From: the human T2T-CHM13v2.0 reference genome, Homo sapiens
Length of the DNA stretch: 64,000 nucleotides
Strand: one strand, 5' to 3'
Assembly: GCF_009914755.1 (NCBI RefSeq)
Contig: NC_060939.1
The notes under the pieces are model-generated. The model searched no databases and was not told the DNA's origin. It saw nothing but the letters and a program-made list of their open reading frames with translations. Positions 15,839 to 29,462 of the stretch are shown here, piece after piece. The position numbers were made by a program, and so were the translations under genes. How positions within the stretch are numbered: position 1 is the first letter of the stretch; each line of letters starts with the position of its first letter.

Positions 15839-17353
15839 AATAAATGCTTTTTAAAGAATGTGTTAATAATTTTTTTCCAGAATTGTATGTTCAGAATTTT
15901 GTTTTTTTAGGATTGTAATTTTCAGGATTTTAGACTGTACAGATTTAGATCTTTTGGGACTTCAACATTTGGGATTATGACGTTCAGGATTGTGTCTTCC
16001 TGGGCTGTGGCCCAAACCCATGTGGTCCAACACTATTTCACATGAGAAGAAAGCAAACCACGTGCACAGATGCAATGAAGGCTTAAATGGGTGTCATGTA
16101 TAGATTATATCCCAGGAAAACATGATTAAGATGATACATAGCGACTTTTTTTTTCCCAGTGAAAAAGATCCACATTCTTTTTCTTGTGTGGAATTAAACA
16201 CAATTTCTGAATCAATGTAAGTGAATGCAAATCACCATGTTCACTTAGCTGATGCTCCTTTATTAACAGGGATAGTAGGGAGGTCATTCGAAGAGATGAT
16301 GGTGTGGGACCCAGGACTTGAGGAAGCTGCAGTGGGTGAAGGGGAGAAACAGAGGAGCAGGGGCTGGAGAAAGAGTGGGAAGTCATCAACTACCCTCCTT
16401 GCTCTTGGCCTCTGGTGTTCGGAGCCCAGAGGTCTTCTCTAGGGCCTCGGAGAAGCTTCCAAGTCTGTTCATTTCTCTTTCCCCACTCCTGCTTGTATCA
16501 CAAATAAAGAAATTATTGACAACTGTTCCTGACTAGGTGGCAGGATTTTAGGGACCCTTCACCTCGTCCGAACCTCATGAAGGTAGTGGGAGTCCCATGG
16601 GTTAGTTAGCAATAGTCCTTGAGATTATTTGGTCATATAAATAATCAGAAAACTCAAAGTCATCTTGCTTTTCTCATAATGCCCAGCTGGGGGATGGTGG
16701 GGGCAGGAAGGACTGGAGTGAGATGAGATAGAACCAGAGCTGGCTTTCATGTATGGGCTCTCCAGAGCAATCAGGCCTAAGTACAACCAAGAGGGGTCTT
16801 GAAGAAGCTCTGGCAAGGGCAGCCTGGGCTCAGGCCCCAGCTCACACCAAGCATGTCTCCTGTCGGACTGAGAAGCTTAAGCAATGTGTTTCTGTTTTTG
16901 TTTTTGTTTTCTGGTAAAGAATTCAATGTCATTAGCTACATTCACAATGCTGTGCAATCATCACCACTATCCATTTCTGAGACATTCTATCATCCCAGAC
17001 AGGAACTCTGTGCCCATTAGACACTAACCTCGCCCATTTCCACCTCCTGCCAGTCCTGAAAACCTCTATTCTACTTTGTGTTTCTATTAATTTGCCTGTT
17101 CCAGGTTCTTCATATAGATGGAATCACGTAGTCTGTGTTTGACGTCTCACTTAGCATAATGTTTTTAAGTTTTATCTATGTGGTAGCAAGTATCCGAATT
17201 CCCTCCCTTTTCAAAGATCACTAGTATTCCATTTTATGTCTATAACACATTTTATTTATCCATCTATCCCTCAATAGAATTTTTAGGTTGTTTCCTCTTT
17301 GTGGTTCCTGTAAATAAGGCTGCTGTGATGCTGCAATGAACAGAGGTGTAGCA

Positions 17354-17943
17354 GCCAGGTGTGGTGGCATGCGCCTGTAGTTCCTGCTACTCAGGCATCT
17401 GAGGCAAGAAGATCACTTGGGCCCAGGAGTCCTGCGCTGCAGTGTGCTGTGTTGATCAGATGTCTGCACGAAATTAGACATTAGTACAGTGACCTCCTGG
17501 GATAAGGGACTACCAGGTTGCCTAAGCAGGGGCGAACCGGCATGGATTGGAGACAAAGCAGGGCACAACTTCCAGTTTGACCAGCAGGGGGTCATGCATG
17601 TGGACAGCCACGCAGCAGGGAGTTCGTGCCTGTGGACAGCCCCGCAGCAGGGGGTCGTGCCTGTGGACAGCCCCGCAGCAGGGGGTCGTGCCTGTGGAGA
17701 GCCCCGCAGCAGGGGGTCGTGACTGTGGATAGCCCCGCAGCAGGGGTCCGTGCCTGTGGACAGCTCCACAACAGGGGGATCATGCCTATAAACAGCAACG
17801 CAGCAGGGGTTCATGCCTGTGGACAGCCCCGCAGCAGGGGGTCGTGCCTATAAACAGCCCCTGCCCTCCGGCCTGGGAAACATAGTGAGAGTCCATTTAT
17901 TAAAAAAAAAAAAAGAAAAAAAAAAAGAAAAAGAAAAAGAAAA
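17354..17943 (+). pseudogene. 7SL (SRP RNA, RN7SL-like) processed retrocopy with internal VNTR and poly(A) tail
   Basis: Has the Alu-domain 5' part and the S domain (gtgacctcctggga...accaggttgcctaagcaggggcgaaccggc), which Alus lack; 3' end cctgggaaacatagtgagag plus A tail; TSD gaacagaggtgta (17338-17350) / gaacacaggtgta (17958-17970). Confidence 0.92.
17582..17863 (+). repeat. GC-rich minisatellite, 31-bp unit, 9 copies, derived from 7SL
   Basis: Consensus cagcagggggtcgtgcctgtggacagccccg; homologous to 7SL CAGTAGTGGGATCGCGCCTGTGAATAGCCACTG. Confidence 0.93.
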
Positions 17944-18095
17944 GGGGGGTGGGTAGAGAACACAGGTGTACAAGTATCTATTTGAGTAACTGCTTTCCAT
18001 TCTTTTGAAGATAGATATAGGTAGATAAAGATACAGATATGGAGATTTTTAGATGTGAGTGGGATTACTGAATCATATAGTAATTCTATGTCTAA

Positions 18096-18531
<436 letters not shown>

Positions 18532-19063
18532 CCTGATTTTTTTGTTTTTTCTTTTTTGATAGCAGCCATCCTAATGGGGGTGCAGTGCTTGTGTTTGTGT
18601 GTTTTTTTTAATGTCACATTGGTGATTCTAATGTGTAACCAGGAAAGAAAAGCATGCATTCTGGGTCTCAATTTTTCATCCAGGTAAACCGGAGAAAATA
18701 AAACCTATTGAAGAGTTCTCCTGATGTTTGAATGAGTTTCCCTATAGAAGGCAAAATCTACAAATGTTGGTTCCTCCACTATTTCCTTGGAATTCTACTA
18801 AACTTCCTGCCTCAACATACAGAGAAACTCCCTGAAGCCTAAAACTATGCAGATTTGACACAGGGCTGATTTTAACTTCTGTTTTGCTTTTACCATATAG
18901 CTAGCTTCAGATGTCACAAGTGTCCTCCATGACATCTAAATAGCACTACACCTGCACCAGCTTCCTCTCAAATTAACTACTCATCAGTTCTCTTATTAAA
19001 CAAACAAGGAGCAGCTGTAATACTGAAGCAATGAGTGGGATTGTGCTTTAAAATTACATCTCT

Positions 19064-20224
<1,161 letters not shown>

Positions 20225-20675
20225 AAAATTACATCTCTGCCAACACTTTTAGTTTGCTTGTTGAATAATTACAAGTTTTCCAGTTAAATTAACAGAATAC
20301 ATTATACCCGTAAAATCCTGATATACTTGGCAATACACACAACAATATATTTTACAAGTAGATAATATAATAAATGTATGACACTTTAGAAATGCATTGA
20401 GATAAGTTTAAACAGTGTTTACTTTTATTTGGTGTGCTTTCTTTCATCTCACAGTAATAAGCTGTGGTTTAGTTAATCGGCTGAATACTCACTATGCAGT
20501 CCTTTGTAAAATTTTCGAGGTCCACAGTAATGTGATTATTGAGCTTCAACAGAATACACAGAAGATCCCAGGAACCACAAACCAATCCATCCACTATGCA
20601 GTATCTAAAGTGTTTGCAAAAATAAAAACAAACAACAACAAAAAAAAAACTGAACAACTGACTTGTAGCAAAGCT

Positions 20676-20725
20676 ATCAGGTTAGTGCAAAAGTAATTGT
20701 GGTTTTGCCATTGAAAGTAATGAAA
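20676..20725. mobile_element. Partial MADE1 (mariner MITE)
   Basis: aggttagtgcaaaagtaattgtggttttgccatt matches the MADE1 TIR; only one arm present. Confidence 0.7.
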
Positions 20726-21179
20726 GTAATTGAAAGAATAGGTGTTCCAGCTGGACATTCTACAATACATGCCACAACCATGGATCAATTATGTATTGAA
20801 AACCCAAACCAACTGACGATCACTGCTGTGCATTATTCCCATCGTGTCATAATGTGGCAAACTAAAACTAAGGACCTGTAACAAGGGATTTTCAGAGGGA
20901 AAGCAAACATATTGGTTAAAGCAAAGAAAACTGGCAATTTTCAATTTGCTCAAATCAAACTATTCACATACTTTGCATGCTTCTCTACAAAATCCAGAAC
21001 TTTTGATAGGATCACCCTTAGGTAAAACTCTAAAGTGAGCAGCTTCTGATCAATAGTCCTCAACTCCTTTTCCCTTCTGTATCACAGACGGTGTGGGTGA
21101 ATCCATCACATGACTTAATAAGATTTGGCCAGTTGGGAAAGTCCTCTTTAAGGAACTAACACTCAGGCTGGGATCTAGA

Positions 21180-21335
21180 GCAAAGCATCGTAAACTTGAA
21201 TGTGCATATGAACCACCTGGGGAACTTGTCAACATGCAGATTCTGATTCATTGGATCTAGGGTGGTGCCTGAGCTCTAGCAAGCTCCCAGGGATGCCTAT
21301 GTGACTGCCTTGGATATCAGTTACAGTAGCAAGAA
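21180..21335. mobile_element. MER5A-like DNA transposon
   Basis: aaacttgaatgtgcatatgaaccacctggggaacttgtcaacatgcagattctgattca. Confidence 0.7.
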
Positions 21336-21499
21336 TATAAGCAGATACCAGCCAACAAAGCAGGAGTGAACCCATCACGGCCCAGGCAGCCCTGGACAAG
21401 GCCAGCTCAGGGATCTCAGAAAAGAGTAACTGGACTGAGGTCTATGAGTGCTTCCATGAGAGGTGAGGCTGAGAAGGTGGACAAGATCTAGGTCAATGT

Positions 21500-22500
21500 G
21501 TTAACTTCCTACTAAATGCAAGGCTAGGCTCTGCATAAGCAGAAACAAATAAGGCAAACCTAGTCCTTGCATCTTTAGAGCTTGCAGTCTAGCAGAATTA
21601 TTTCGTGGGTAGAAAATCATTAAATATTTTTAAACGAAGGAGAGACATGATCTAATTGAAATTTTTGAAGAACCTCTCTGGGTGTGCCACAGAGAAGGTA
21701 TTGGAGAGGCAAAAAATTGGAAAGAGGAGTATGTGTTTGCAGACCAGCTGAAAGATGTGGATGACAGAAGCGGATAATTTTAGCACATATTGTGAAAGTG
21801 AAATAACAGTACTTGGTTGCAAGTTGTGATGGTAGGGTGGTTGCAGGAAGAAGAAAGCATCAAGGATGATGATGCTTTCTGGAAGAAGCAAATGGGTAAA
21901 TGGAGATAACTTTTATGAAGAATGGTAAGGCTGAAGAAGAAATAAACTAACAAAAGGGAAATGATTGAGGAAGTGGCATAGATGTAGGGGTAGAACTCAA
22001 GAGTTTTGAATTCTGATTTTAGGAATGCCTGCGAAAATCCCAGTGGAGATTTCAAGATGGCAGGTGCACATAATGTTTTGGAGCTTGGGAGGAGAGGTCT
22101 GTAGGAGCCATATGCATATCAATGGTATCTAAAGCCATAGGAATTAATAAAACCTTGTCTAGAGTCTGTGTAGGCAGGGCTGTCCAATCTTTTGGCTTCC
22201 ATGGCTGCATTCGAATAAGAAGAATTGTCTTGGGCCACACATAAAATATACTAACATTAACAATAGCTGATGAGCTAAAAAAAATTATAAAATATCTTAT
22301 AATGCTTGAAGAATGTTTACAAATTTGTGCTGGGCTGCATTCAAAGATGTCCTGGGCCACACGTGGCCCACAGGCCATGGGTTGGACAAGCTTGGTATGG
22401 AATAAGAACAGAAGAGTACCCAGGATTTAGGAACTTCAACATTTAAAGTTTTGGGCAAAGAGGGAGAAGCTGATAAGAAAATAGTTCAAGCTAGAGGAAG
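21500..22500 (-). mobile_element. L2 fragments
   Basis: Degenerate L2-like text (cctagtccttgc...agagcttgcagtctag; ggagcttgggaggagaggtctg). Confidence 0.5.
22175..22394 (+). mobile_element. MER30 (hAT-Charlie)
   Basis: cagggctgtccaatcttttggcttcc...gaattgtcttgggccacacataaaata...ggttggacaagcttg. Confidence 0.85.
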
Positions 22501-22559
22501 AGGTCAGGGGTCTACTCTACCGAATGTTCCTGAGACCCCATTGGACTTATATATTACAT

Positions 22560-22680
22560 AATACGTACAATATATGTTACTTGGGTGATGGATACCCTAA
22601 TAGCTTTGAACTGACCACTATGCATGGAACAAAGTTGCACATGTATCCCATAAATTTTATATAAACAAAAGTAAATAAAT
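22560..22680 (+). mobile_element. Short L1M 3'-end fragment
   Basis: acttgggtgatggataccctaa...accactatgcatggaacaaagttgcacatgtatcccataaat. Confidence 0.7.
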
Positions 22681-22900
22681 AGAAGGAAGGAAGGAAGGAA
22701 GGGAGTAAGGAAGGAAGGAAGGAAGAGTGAGGAAAGGAAAGGAAAGGAAAGAAGAAAAGGAGAGTGAGGAAAGGAAAGGAAAGGGAAGGGAAGGAAAGAA
22801 GGAAGGGAGAGCGAGGAAAGGGAGGGAAGGAAGAAGGGAGAAAGAAAGAGAGAGAGAAAGAAAGAGAAAGAGAAGAAAGAAAGAAGGAAGGAAGGAAGGA

Positions 22901-22955
<55 letters not shown>

Positions 22956-22985
22956 GGAGAGAAGGAAAGAGAGAAAGAGGAATAG
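22680..22985. repeat. About 300-bp polypurine tract, (GGAA)n/(GAAA)n
   Basis: Directly visible; almost exclusively A/G. Confidence 0.97.
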
Positions 22986-23019
22986 TGTTCATGATGTTTA
23001 GGAATCACCAATTCTTGGG

Positions 23020-23360
23020 GTGCTGAATTGTGTCCCCCCAGATTCCTATGTTGAAGAGCTGATCCCCACTGCCTCAGAGGGACTGATTTAGAGAAGGCAT
23101 TCAAAGAGGTAAGTGAGGTCAAATGAAGCCATATGGGTGGGCCCTAAACCAATATGGCAGGTGTCCATGTAAAAAGACATTGAGACAGAGGCAACACAGC
23201 CTGAGGACACAGCAGCAAGGGAGGCATCTGCAGGGCAGCAGTTCTCAAAAGAAGGCAAACCTGCGGACATCCTATCCTGGATTTCCAGTCTTCAGAGCTG
23301 TGAGAAGATAAACCACTCAATCTGTGGCAGCTTGTGATGGAAGCCCCTAGCACTCTTATA
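23020..23360 (+). mobile_element. MLT1A/B-like MaLR solo LTR
   Basis: tgaattgtgtccccccagattcctatgttgaag...gggtgggccctaaaccaat...cagagctgtgagaagataaa. Confidence 0.75.
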
Positions 23361-25769
23361 TGGTGACCTTAGCACAAGCAGTTTCATAGGCTTGATGAAA
23401 GTGAAAGCCAAACTGACCTGAATAAAGAGTAAAAGGAAAATGAGCAAAAGGAGATAGTAAGTGTGGAAAATCCTTGAGAAAAATTTGCCAAGAAAGGAGG
23501 AGATGGCTTGATAGCTAGAAAGACACACAAAGTTAAGATTGCTCCCAGATAGAAGATTTTTTAAATGAAAAATTTATATTTAAATGCTGACAGAATGCAT
23601 CAAGAAGGAGAGAGATTGAAGATGCAGATGACAAATGGAAAAGCAATGAACAGAATCCCTGAAAAGTCAGGAAAAGAAGGGAGATTATTAGAGTGATGTC
23701 CTTTTACAGGAAGAGGAATACTTCCTCCACTGCCCCAGGATTTAAAAAGCTTATAAATCAAAGGTAACATTCTACCTAATTATAGAAGTTTATGCTTTTC
23801 AATAAATTTTGTTGTACATAATACAGTCGCTCTGTGAATTCAGTGAGACAGATAGTTATCTATATTTTACATAAAAAGAAAGAAAAGGCAGAAAAGAAGT
23901 GATTTGTTTGAAGTGACACAGAAATAGCTGGTAGAACCATGCACTGTGTAGATGGCAGGGCTCCTGACTTCTCATTTCACACCAGAAATGTAGACAGAAT
24001 TAGATATAATGACAGTTATTATATTTGTAAACCTTTCAAATAAGAATATCCTTAGATTCTCATTCATTAACAAAGCACAAAGCATGTGATTAGCATCTGA
24101 AAATGTTTTATTATACAATCACTAGACACCAAAAGAGGTTTCCATTTTCCTGTGTATTTGAAAGAGTTCAACAGCCATAAGTCAGACAGTTGGAGGAAAC
24201 TCAAACAAGGGAAATTTCATTTGAAGTGATGAAATTAGCATGATGAAGTTTATAATACAAAGATTTTTGTTTCAAGACTCTGAGGTTTGGTAGGGAGGAA
24301 GGGGAAAGGCAGATGACACCAAATAAGACTCGTTGGAGAGGGGATGAGAAGAGTCAATTAGAAAGCTCTTCAAATTCAAACGGACCGTTCAAACCATCCT
24401 GGGACTAGACTCCAATCGGGAAAGACTCTGAAGGAAATGATCTCCTACTCCCACAAGATGGCTAACGTGATTTAGGTAAAAAGCTTTTAGTTTTATGGCT
24501 GGGGAGGTAGCAATAAAGAAAATGAACCTCCTACCAGTGATTCTTTTTCAAGCCCTGCCAATTCCTGTGTCTGGAGAAGCTATAAAGAATGTCCAGCCTC
24601 ATGTCAAAAGAATTGCCACAGATCTCCAGCTCACCTGCATTCAAGCATTGAAACATCCCTAAGCCTGTTCCCAGGCCAGCCTGAAACTGAGAATCCAGGA
24701 GAGTCTTTTCTGTTCTGCTGCTGCAGCTACACTATCTACTTGTTAGCATAACCAGGGCCACCACCAACAGATGCTAGAGAAATACAAAGAGCAAAAATCA
24801 ACAGCTGATGAAAAGCAGAATCTTTTCTTTTTGGCAGCAATACCAATAGCATGAAGCACGTCCCTTTTGGAGCTTTCCAAACCACTTCAAAAGCGAGTTT
24901 TCTGGTGTGGATCAAGAAAGCTAGCCAAATTGCCCCTGAGTGCATAGCCACTGGCCAAGATATTGATGACTGTAGGCAGCTCAGGACGCATCCTCGGCCC
25001 CTGTGCTGTCTTTCTCAGAGCTCTGTTTAATTCCATCAGGCACGGGCAGCGTTTGGAGAAAGCTGTCTTGATTTTTGTGATCTTCAGCCAGCACAGAGGT
25101 GGCCAGTTCCCTAGCCTCCCAGCACCATCCATCTCCTGCCCTGCCCCTTCATGGCCTGCCTGGGCTCACTGGCCCCAGACTTGCCTTTCGCCCCTGTCAA
25201 AACCTCACAGTCCTGTGTGTCTGTTTCCCTTTGAACTACATAAACTAACGAATTTGGTGAACCTATTAAGTGAACTTCTTTATACTCATGGTCTAGATTG
25301 CATTGAACGCTAAAGGGTTTGCTAGAGATTGTCAAAATCAATTCGGTCTTCTTCCAACTGGACCAAGGCTTCTTTGAGTTAATAAAACTCTGAGAAATCT
25401 GAGTTGATTTTTCATAGTATCTCTTTCTATTCTTTTGGGGTTTTTTGTTTGTTTTTTAGGTTTCATGGAGATTTTCCTTAATTTAACCCAAAAGAGATAC
25501 CCATATGACATTTGAACTAATATGAAAGAGGTAGTAGGACAAAGAATTTGAAGACAGTCTTTCAGAGCCCCACAAAGTACTTGAAATTTATCAATAAACC
25601 CCTCCCGGTGCTTCCCACCATGTTCCACTTTCCATATCTGTTTTAAGCCATGAAGCTTCAAGTGGCATCTCCTCCTGTGAAACCTACAGGTTGGAGATAA
25701 ATTATTGATGGCCAATGACTTAGAAGAACCAAAGAAAAGATCCTCTAGTGGAGACACAGCATAGAAATG

Positions 25770-25990
25770 GTGGTCAAGGGTGAGACGGAACTGCTTCCAA
25801 TCCCAGTGCCGCCTGTGTGGTTCCAGCTGTGTGCTTCTCTTCCTCTAATCTTGTTTACTTGTCTCTAATACGGGACTAATAACATATACATCAGACTATT
25901 GTGAGGGTTGAATGTAATGATATTCCAAATTGTTGCATGAGTCCAGTACTTAACATAGTGCCAAGAACAAAACATGTATCAATAAGTATG
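25770..25990 (+). mobile_element. MIR fragment
   Basis: ttccaatcccagtgccgcc...gtgagggttgaatgtaat...cttaacatagtgcc. Confidence 0.5.
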
Positions 25991-27219
25991 AATAGCCTTC
26001 CCAGCGCACACCTCCAAGCAGTGGATTTCTGGCCGGTGACAAACAATGGTTCCCAGCGGTCCTACAGGTTACGGCTTAACTTACCACTAGCCAATGAGTA
26101 AGTTTGCCTCAGACCACATCACAATTCTTTTGCAAGCCTGGAGCTTGGTGAAAAAGAAGGGGGGAAATAATCAATGTCCCTAAGGCAGACGCTGAAAGAT
26201 TAACCTCATAACATAATTCTCTCACCAGACTTGTTTGCTGAATGTCTATTTAAATTTTAATTCTGCAAATAAAATAAAGTTGGTAATAATGAAGGTGATT
26301 AAGATGGTATTTGTCCTGGGAACGAATCTCCTCACAACATACCTAAGAAAGACATATATGTACAGAAAACCAAGCACAGTAAAATACCACTTCATTACTA
26401 TCGGAGATTTTCCCCAAACACAGAGAAAGCTCTACAGATCTGAGCTTAAGCCAGAACTCTGTTATTTACTTGGTCTAATGCCAAAACAGGCCAGAGACCC
26501 CTTTCACTTACTTCTCTTTAATCCCAAACCCATGTCTCGGTTTGATCTAAGAAAGAGCCAAATGCCCAGGAGGCCCCAGGGTAGAGAAAAGCAGCCAGCC
26601 GGAGAGTGGCCTCCGTGCCAGGGGAGTGTGTCTGAGCTTTGTTTTATTTTTCTCATTTGTCTGTAGTTGTGTGATTGGTAGAAGAGAGTAGATATGAAGT
26701 CTACTGACACAAGATTGGTCTTCAGGCATGTCTAACCAAGCATTTGGGGGAACAGAGGGGTTCCACAAATAAGAGAGCAATGATCAGACTTTCTTCTAAA
26801 AGGAGCAGCCACAAGCTACCTTAACTCTCCAACTTGCCCATTAATCTTCACCTAGTTAGGAAGATTTCACCATTAGCTGTGGCCCATAAAAGATCCTTAA
26901 GCTTGACCAACCACAGAGGTCCATCTCCTTGAGGAGGAAGTGAAAGGGGTATGGACAGAACTGTGAGATTTCTGTCCTCCGCACGTCCCCAGCTGTGTCT
27001 TCTACTTCTTGTACAAGATAGTCTCCAAATGATGTTTTCTGGCTGACAATGCCACAGAACTGATCCTTCTCTCACTATGGAAATGAAAGATTTCAAAGAA
27101 TTTGTTGCCTGAAATATGGTGCCCTAATCACATATTAATAAAGCTGCTATCCAGACAGGAGGCAGATTTCAAAAAAAGGCTGTTAGCATTCTCAGGGACC
27201 TAAAAAGTACATATTGTAG

Positions 27220-27440
27220 AACAATGGTAAACAGATCTTGGAATCCGGTAGACTTTAATTCAAACCCCAGCTATGCCACTTATTAACTTATGTGACATTG
27301 GGAAAGCCTCTCAAATTTAGATTTGCAAAATCAGAATAATATAAGTAGCCAACAAATAGGGTTTAATGGAGGTTATAATGAAAGTGATTAAGATGATAAA
27401 ATTAAATAGTGAATATAAAGTGCTTAGCATTTAATAAATT
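27220..27440 (+). mobile_element. MIR fragment
   Basis: ttcaaaccccagctatgccacttattaacttatgtgacattgggaaag...taaagtgcttagca. Confidence 0.6.
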
Positions 27441-27769
27441 TATTGTATGATTTCAAAGCACATGCTTTTACCTACAGTGCTATAAAGCTGCTTGCAATAG
27501 TCAAAGCTAATAGAAGCTCTCATCAGAGCAAATAGGTGACTTGTGTATGTAATTATTTAAGAATTCTGTAAATATACACAATAAAGTAGGAATGAGAATA
27601 TCTTTAGAGGAAATATTCAAGTATGTATGATTTCTAACAAATCCAGATAGACAGTTTTGGCAACAACCAAGTCATAATTTTAAGTCTTGTTATAGGAGCT
27701 AGAATTTTATTCAAGGGACAACTGATTTGATTAGATTAGATGCTGTGCACTGCATATTTGCATCAACAA

Positions 27770-28090
27770 ATGCACACGTTGAAACTCTAACAATAGAATG
27801 GCATTAGAAGGAGGACCTTTGGGAAGTAATTTGGTTTCAATGAGGATGGAGTTCCCACAATGGGGTTAGCATCCTAATAAGAAGAGTAGGAGACTAAAGC
27901 CCTCTTCTCTCAGTCATGTGAAGATACAACAAGAACACCTGCAAACCAGTAAGGGGGCCTTCACCAGACACTGGCTCTGCTGGCCCAGATTTTAATCTTT
28001 GAATTCCCACAACTGTGAGAAACAAGTATGTTCTGTTTAAGCCACTCAGTCTACTGTTGTTTGTAGCAGCAGCCTGAGAAGACAAAGACA
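27770..28090 (+). mobile_element. MLT1A-like MaLR LTR fragment
   Basis: ccttcaccagacactggctctgctggc...aactgtgagaaacaag...tgtttaagccactcagtcta...aagaca. Confidence 0.7.
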
Positions 28091-29462
28091 TAGGGTTCCT
28101 TTTATTTTCAGAATTCGGTTTAGCTGTAATCACCTACCATCCTGAGATGTTGTTTCCTCCCTCCTCCCTTGAAATATAAGCTCTGGGACTATAGCTTCAT
28201 GGACAAATTCTGAAGAATTTGTCTCTGCTTTTGTGGGATGCTAACCTAACCAATCAAGGAATGTTTGCTCAATGGAATGAAACATCTTAATGCAGCTTGC
28301 CAACCAATATCTGCAAAGCACACCTCATGGGTTCTGGCTGGCTTGGATTTCTGTGACTACTTCATCCTACTCATCAGACTGTGGACTCAGACTCAGCCAG
28401 GAGGCCCAGATTCTAGCGTCAGTTTTGCCCTTGGGATACAAATGCACATCCTGCTTCACTGAACATGAAACCCTGAATATTTGTCCATTACTCTGGCAAT
28501 TGTCCTCTCTCCCTGTGCCAATTGCCAATCAACACAACTCCCAGGAAGCCTTGGCAGTTATGTCTGCTCAGCCTGCTGTAGCAGGCTTAGTAAAAGTCAG
28601 AACATAGATCTGTTAGCTCCCAGTCCAGGATTTCCCCATAACTCATCTATGTTAATATTAAACAACTAGGCTTGCCTTTAAAATTCTTTTTCATTTAGTC
28701 TCTTCTTAGAACTTATCATTTTGAGAATCCTGACCTGCCAATATTCCATAATCTTTCTGAAAGTGACACAGCAAATACGATGCTTGCACACTGCTAACTG
28801 CATCTGATTTCATTTTTCCATCACCTATAAAGCACATAAGGTAATTTCTAAACCAGCAGTAAAATCTATTTATAAAGAATGCTGATTTGTTTTCTGCATT
28901 TTCCAACACAGAGCTTCAATTTATTTCCTCACCATAAAAAACCATCACTTTTTAAAACAATCATAGTTAGTATATCTTCTAAATGTTTTAATTTTTGTAA
29001 AGTCCAACTTGCAAATTGGAGTGTAAATACCTTTCTTAAAATGGAAGGAACCATTTTAGACCCAGTATGCTGATTGATGATTTCACTGTGCTTCAAAGCA
29101 GATGATTTCACAGTCATTGGATATATAATGTAATGAGTTTTTGTAAAGCAATTGGTATCACTAAAAATATAATTATAATAAATAAAATTATAGGGAAAAG
29201 GAAATCTTCATTCTGACAATGCCAAATTTTTTAACTAACTCATTGCTAAAAGATTATGTTTCTACATGAAAAATTTTGCACATTCTTTCTATGAGAGAAA
29301 CCTGATAACACCTTGAAAATTTAATAGTTACGGAAAAGGAACTACTGTGATTTTTTTTTAGAGAATGTCGTGTTCTTGATGTTCTTGAGTGAGCTGTCTC
29401 ACGTTATTAGAAGGGAAACAGCAGCACCTTGTGGAGAAACAAAGAAAGTGAATGAATTTTTA

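Larger units (their letters stand above)
10814..16019 (+). mobile_element. Ricksha (MULE/MuDR DNA transposon), both TIRs present, with nested insertions
   Basis: Left end aggtgaggatcataatcc...gaatgttgaaatcctgaaagatcaaaat is similar to the reverse complement of the right end (...ttcaacatttgggattatgacgttcaggattgtgtcttcctgggctgtggcccaaaccc); MULE transposase remnants and an MLT2B piece lie inside. Confidence 0.85.

Noticed and set aside
17413-17853. Cys/Gly-rich repetitive ORFs resembling keratin-associated or metallothionein-like proteins
   Set aside because: They are translations of the 31-bp VNTR inside a 7SL pseudogene
17582-17863. CRISPR-like or SVA interpretation of the repeat array (also considered for the 43-bp array at 4971-5140)
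   Set aside because: Units are head-to-tail with no unique spacers and the context is primate DNA; there is no CCCTCT hexamer or SINE-R, so it is not an SVA
22577-23122. Long F/L/S-rich and K/E/R-rich ORFs
   Set aside because: Translations of the polypurine microsatellite
25338-26666. 139-aa and 143-aa ORFs in unique DNA
   Set aside because: Non-ATG starts, no recognisable domain, and lengths compatible with chance
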